Shown: positions 61,094 through 64,000 of the stretch, piece after piece
Layout of the letters: each line of letters begins with the position of its first letter
Position numbering within the stretch: position 1 is the stretch's first letter
DNA from: Leptolyngbyaceae cyanobacterium
GTDB taxonomy: Bacteria > Cyanobacteriota > Cyanobacteriia > Phormidesmidales > Phormidesmidaceae
Length of the DNA: 64,000 nt
Reading direction: 5' to 3'
NCBI GenBank assembly: GCA_965263355.1
Contig: CBDHHL010000041.1
Span: forward strand, 1 to 64,000
Program-made: the position numbers and the translations under genes
Notes under the pieces: generated by a model
What the model saw: the letters and a program-made list of their open reading frames with translations, nothing else
Database searches by the model: none
Told to the model about the DNA's origin: nothing

Positions 61094-61625
61094 CCATGCA
61101 GATGGGAAACGAAACGCGATTAGTTCGCGACGGATTTAATACACTAAACTTTAGTCAAGCAATCGTAGGTTGATCATGGCGAAAACCAGAAGAGCCAAAC
61201 TTGCCAAAAGACTTGGTGGCACTCGAAAATCAGGGCGATTCAAGGGCGTCTCTATCGGCAGGGACAAAGGCGGCTTTTATCGCTAAACTCACAGGAACAG
61301 GAGCAAAAGTTATCCAAAAACAGTCCAGTATCCTTGATACAGTAATCAAACAATAGAAAGAACTGGTTAGCATCATGCAAATAAAAAAATATAAAGCCGT
61401 CGCATTAGCTGACAGGCGCGAGAATATAACCGTTAAACACACTCTAAGCCAAGGGTTTCAGTATTTTGTACTGTCGTCAACGGCCCATATGTTTTGCGGG
61501 GTTGGGGAAACGCCTGAAGCGGCGATCCAAAAAATCAAAAGCGCTCAGAAGCAGCGCCCTGATCTGGTTTTTGGCAAAATAACTACAGAAGAGTTTTTTG
61601 ATTATTCAGTATTCGAACAATAATC

Positions 61626-61922
61626 ATGACCACCCGCACGGATCGAATCAAATCCACACTAAAACGCCTTGGGCTGAAGGGAGTCAATCAGCCAAAACGC
61701 ACACCTGGCCACCCCACGAAAAGCCACGTTGTCTTGGCTTCAGAGGGAGGACAAACAAAAGTAATTCGGTTTGGTCAGCAGGGAGTTAGCGGCAGTCCTC
61801 GTAAAGAAGGAGAATCCAGGGCGGATCGACTACGCCGCAAGAGCTTCAAGGCGAGACATGCTAAAAATATAGCTAAAGGGAAAATGAGCGGCAGCTACTG
61901 GAGTAATCTCGAAAAGTGGTAG
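61626..61922 (+). CDS. Basic conserved phage protein (DUF6321-like)
   Basis: NQPKRTPGHPTKSHVVLA...IRFGQQG...RRKSFKARHAKNIAKGKMS..YWS. Confidence 0.7.
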   Translation: MTTRTDRIKSTLKRLGLKGVNQPKRTPGHPTKSHVVLASEGGQTKVIRFGQQGVSGSPRKEGESRADRLRRKSFKARHAKNIAKGKMSGSYWSNLEKW

Positions 61923-61978
61923 GTTGCCCATTCTGCAAGCAATTCGCTATGATGTTGCTGAAATCCTAAAATCGTGAT

Positions 61979-62797
61979 ATGACAGACGGCACTCAAGATC
62001 CAACAAATGCAGAGCAGCAGACTAGCGTAACTCTGAAGCAGCTACAGCAAGTGCTTGGAGGATTCAAAGACGAGATCTCTAAAATGGTCACAGGTGCTGT
62101 CCAAAAATCACATAAGTCTCTAGAAGGAAAGCTGAACGACACCGTCAAAGCTCAGCTCAAAACAGTACTAGACGAAGTTATCCCCCCCGAAGGAGACGGC
62201 CAACAGCAGCAGATCGCACAGCCCCCAACAACTGGGGAAGTCGAACAACCTCCAGCGGGCGACGATATTGCGGCACGTCTACAGGCCATGCTTCAGGCCC
62301 AAACGCAGCAGATGGAGCAAAAGCTAAGCGAGACCACAAAGCAATACGAAGAGCGCATCCAGGCGATGCAACAGGCTGTTGAGCAGGAAAGGCTTAATAC
62401 TGCAATGTCTCAGGCCCGCACCGCAGCATTAGACCCCATAAGAGACAGGCTGCACAACCCAGATTTAGCCTGGGCGTACCTTGAAAGCAAGGGAGTCTCT
62501 TATGATCCTGAGAAGGGCGGTTATGGTGTTGCGGGAAAAGACGAATTTCAAAACCCTACATTCACTCCTTTGTCAGAGCAGCTTCTTAGTCTAGAGAAAG
62601 AAGCGGGCTACTTATTCAAACCTCGCCCTGGGACTGGCACTGGCACTCAACCGGGGACACAGCAGCCGCCCTCTCCTGGGGGATCAGGCATTTATGCAGA
62701 TGGCGGGGACGCTCAAGCCAGGATCGATACCCTGAAAAAGTCAGCCGATCCATTCGCAGTGATCGCCGAAAATGTGGCCAAAGCATCTGCTCAGTAG
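61979..62797 (+). CDS. Capsid scaffolding protein
   Basis: Coiled coil, YLFKPRPGTGTG motif, directly upstream of the capsid gene. Confidence 0.7.
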   Translation: MTDGTQDPTNAEQQTSVTLKQLQQVLGGFKDEISKMVTGAVQKSHKSLEGKLNDTVKAQLKTVLDEVIPPEGDGQQQQIAQPPTTGEVEQPPAGDDIAARLQAMLQAQTQQMEQKLSETTKQYEERIQAMQQAVEQERLNTAMSQARTAALDPIRDRLHNPDLAWAYLESKGVSYDPEKGGYGVAGKDEFQNPTFTPLSEQLLSLEKEAGYLFKPRPGTGTGTQPGTQQPPSPGGSGIYADGGDAQARIDTLKKSADPFAVIAENVAKASAQ

Positions 62798-62958
62798 CAC
62801 AAAACTAAGGCGTTTGTTATATTGTTCTTGAAATGGCATGGCAAGGGCCGTAAACCTTGGGAAGGCATGGCAGACGCCTTAAGTCTGGGGTTCGGTCCCT
62901 GAGAATTTGAATTTAGCTCTAGGGATGCGGAAGGAAATCAACAATCCTTCTTTTTCCG

Positions 62959-64000
62959 ATGGTTACTTTCAGCAATGCAGAGCAGTCAACAGTCGTAAAG
63001 GCGTTGGCTGATGGTTCACTCTTTCAATTGTATCGATCTTCCGCTTTTGCTACCGCAGCAACTACAACGCTTGGCGGTCGAGACCTAAACACTTATTTCG
63101 AGAAAGGTCAGTCGGTTAGCCTGCTGATGGCTAAAGACTATGGCGAGGCGCAGGATTATGACCCTCGCACAAACACCGACGCGACTACCAATGACACTGA
63201 TTATCTCCCTGTTACTCTAACGCTAGAGAAACTTTTCACTTCTGGTTTTCGCGCTTACAGCAGCGATACCCTGCGGGAACGCTACATAAGGGATTATTCA
63301 CTTTCTACTGGTGGCGCTGTCCGAAAGTCTTTTGACAATTATCTGTACAATACCGGGTTCCGTACATGGACATTGGCAGCTAGTGGGGACATCACTCTAG
63401 GCGGCCACCCTCCTACAAAAGTTGCTTTCACTGAGACCAGTGGAGGAGTCCTGGATGAGTATGGCGACGCGCTTCACCGTGCTGGTGGCGCTGCACTCAA
63501 CGAAGTGGATGTTCCTGAGTCTGGCCGTTACGCAAGATTGTCGCCTCGTGCTGCTGAGTCTTTGATGGGCGCAATCACTCCTGTCACTGGCAGTGCTTTA
63601 ACTGAAGGCAATATCGCGTTAGGTCAGCAGCTGCTACAAGAACCTAGCTACATGAGCCGCGACTTCATGATGCGGCAGTTCATGACCCGTGGTTCTAATG
63701 CAATTACTGGACAAGATGCTGTTGCGGACTTAGGTGATGGTGTCGCATTTGAGCCTATCAGCGCTGTTGCTGCTGCGACTGGTGCGGATGAGTTCATCGA
63801 CGGCAACCAATCCACTGTTACTCAAGCGGGCGCTGTGCGAGTCACAGTCAACCAGACTGCGGCTCTGGCTGCTGGCGTTGCTGTTGGTGCGATTGGTCGG
63901 ATTGGGCCTAATGGCTCTACTGCAGCTGACGTAAATTATGGCGTAATCCTTCGTGTTGATAGCGCTAATAAATACGTTTGGATGATCCCCTACAACAGCA
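62959..64000 (+). CDS. Major capsid protein (P22-coat-like), truncated by window end
   Basis: Open frame from ATG 62959: MVTFSNAEQ...EKGQSVSL...VTLTLEK...LNEVDVPESGRYARLSP; absent from the ORF track because it has no stop in the window. Confidence 0.8.
   Translation, partial: MVTFSNAEQSTVVKALADGSLFQLYRSSAFATAATTTLGGRDLNTYFEKGQSVSLLMAKDYGEAQDYDPRTNTDATTNDTDYLPVTLTLEKLFTSGFRAYSSDTLRERYIRDYSLSTGGAVRKSFDNYLYNTGFRTWTLAASGDITLGGHPPTKVAFTETSGGVLDEYGDALHRAGGAALNEVDVPESGRYARLSPRAAESLMGAITPVTGSALTEGNIALGQQLLQEPSYMSRDFMMRQFMTRGSNAITGQDAVADLGDGVAFEPISAVAAATGADEFIDGNQSTVTQAGAVRVTVNQTAALAAGVAVGAIGRIGPNGSTAADVNYGVILRVDSANKYVWMIPYNS

Noticed and set aside
63734..63934. 66-aa hydrophobic ORF
   Set aside because: It is an alternative frame within the major capsid gene.
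1..64000. CRISPR array or DGR template/reverse transcriptase within the window
   Set aside because: None was seen by eye. They could lie outside the window, and a very degenerate mini-array could have been missed.

Overview
This window is most of a temperate, long-tailed (siphovirus-like) phage or prophage of a cyanobacterium. The host call rests on about a dozen HIP1 GCGATCGC octamers and cyanobacterial-type proteins. From left to right: an RHH gene plus a large TnpB-derived, C2c8/type V-U-like RNA-guided nuclease with a divergent structured transcript running off the window edge (1-2000); a leftward replication operon (LuxR HTH, MT-A70, HNH, Zn-finger DnaB, initiator with iterons, RusA); a divergent switch; rightward Bet/SSB/exonuclease genes followed by tRNA-like and other structured RNAs; a leftward block with an FGE/CLec protein that looks like a DGR target and an antirepressor; a plasmid-like membrane protein/ATPase module; an anti-defence island encoding an AcrIII-1 (DUF1874) ring nuclease; a leftward tail operon with a -1 frameshifted chaperone; an accessory block of operator-controlled cassettes, a roughly 390-nt structured ncRNA candidate and a ParB-DUF4417 gene with two MGRSSGGGGR-tagged partners; and a rightward head operon (TerS, TerL, portal, head protein, HNH, scaffold, capsid running off the end). 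No CRISPR array, reverse transcriptase, intact integrase or endolysin was recognised. All family assignments come from visual motif recognition, and no database searches were run.
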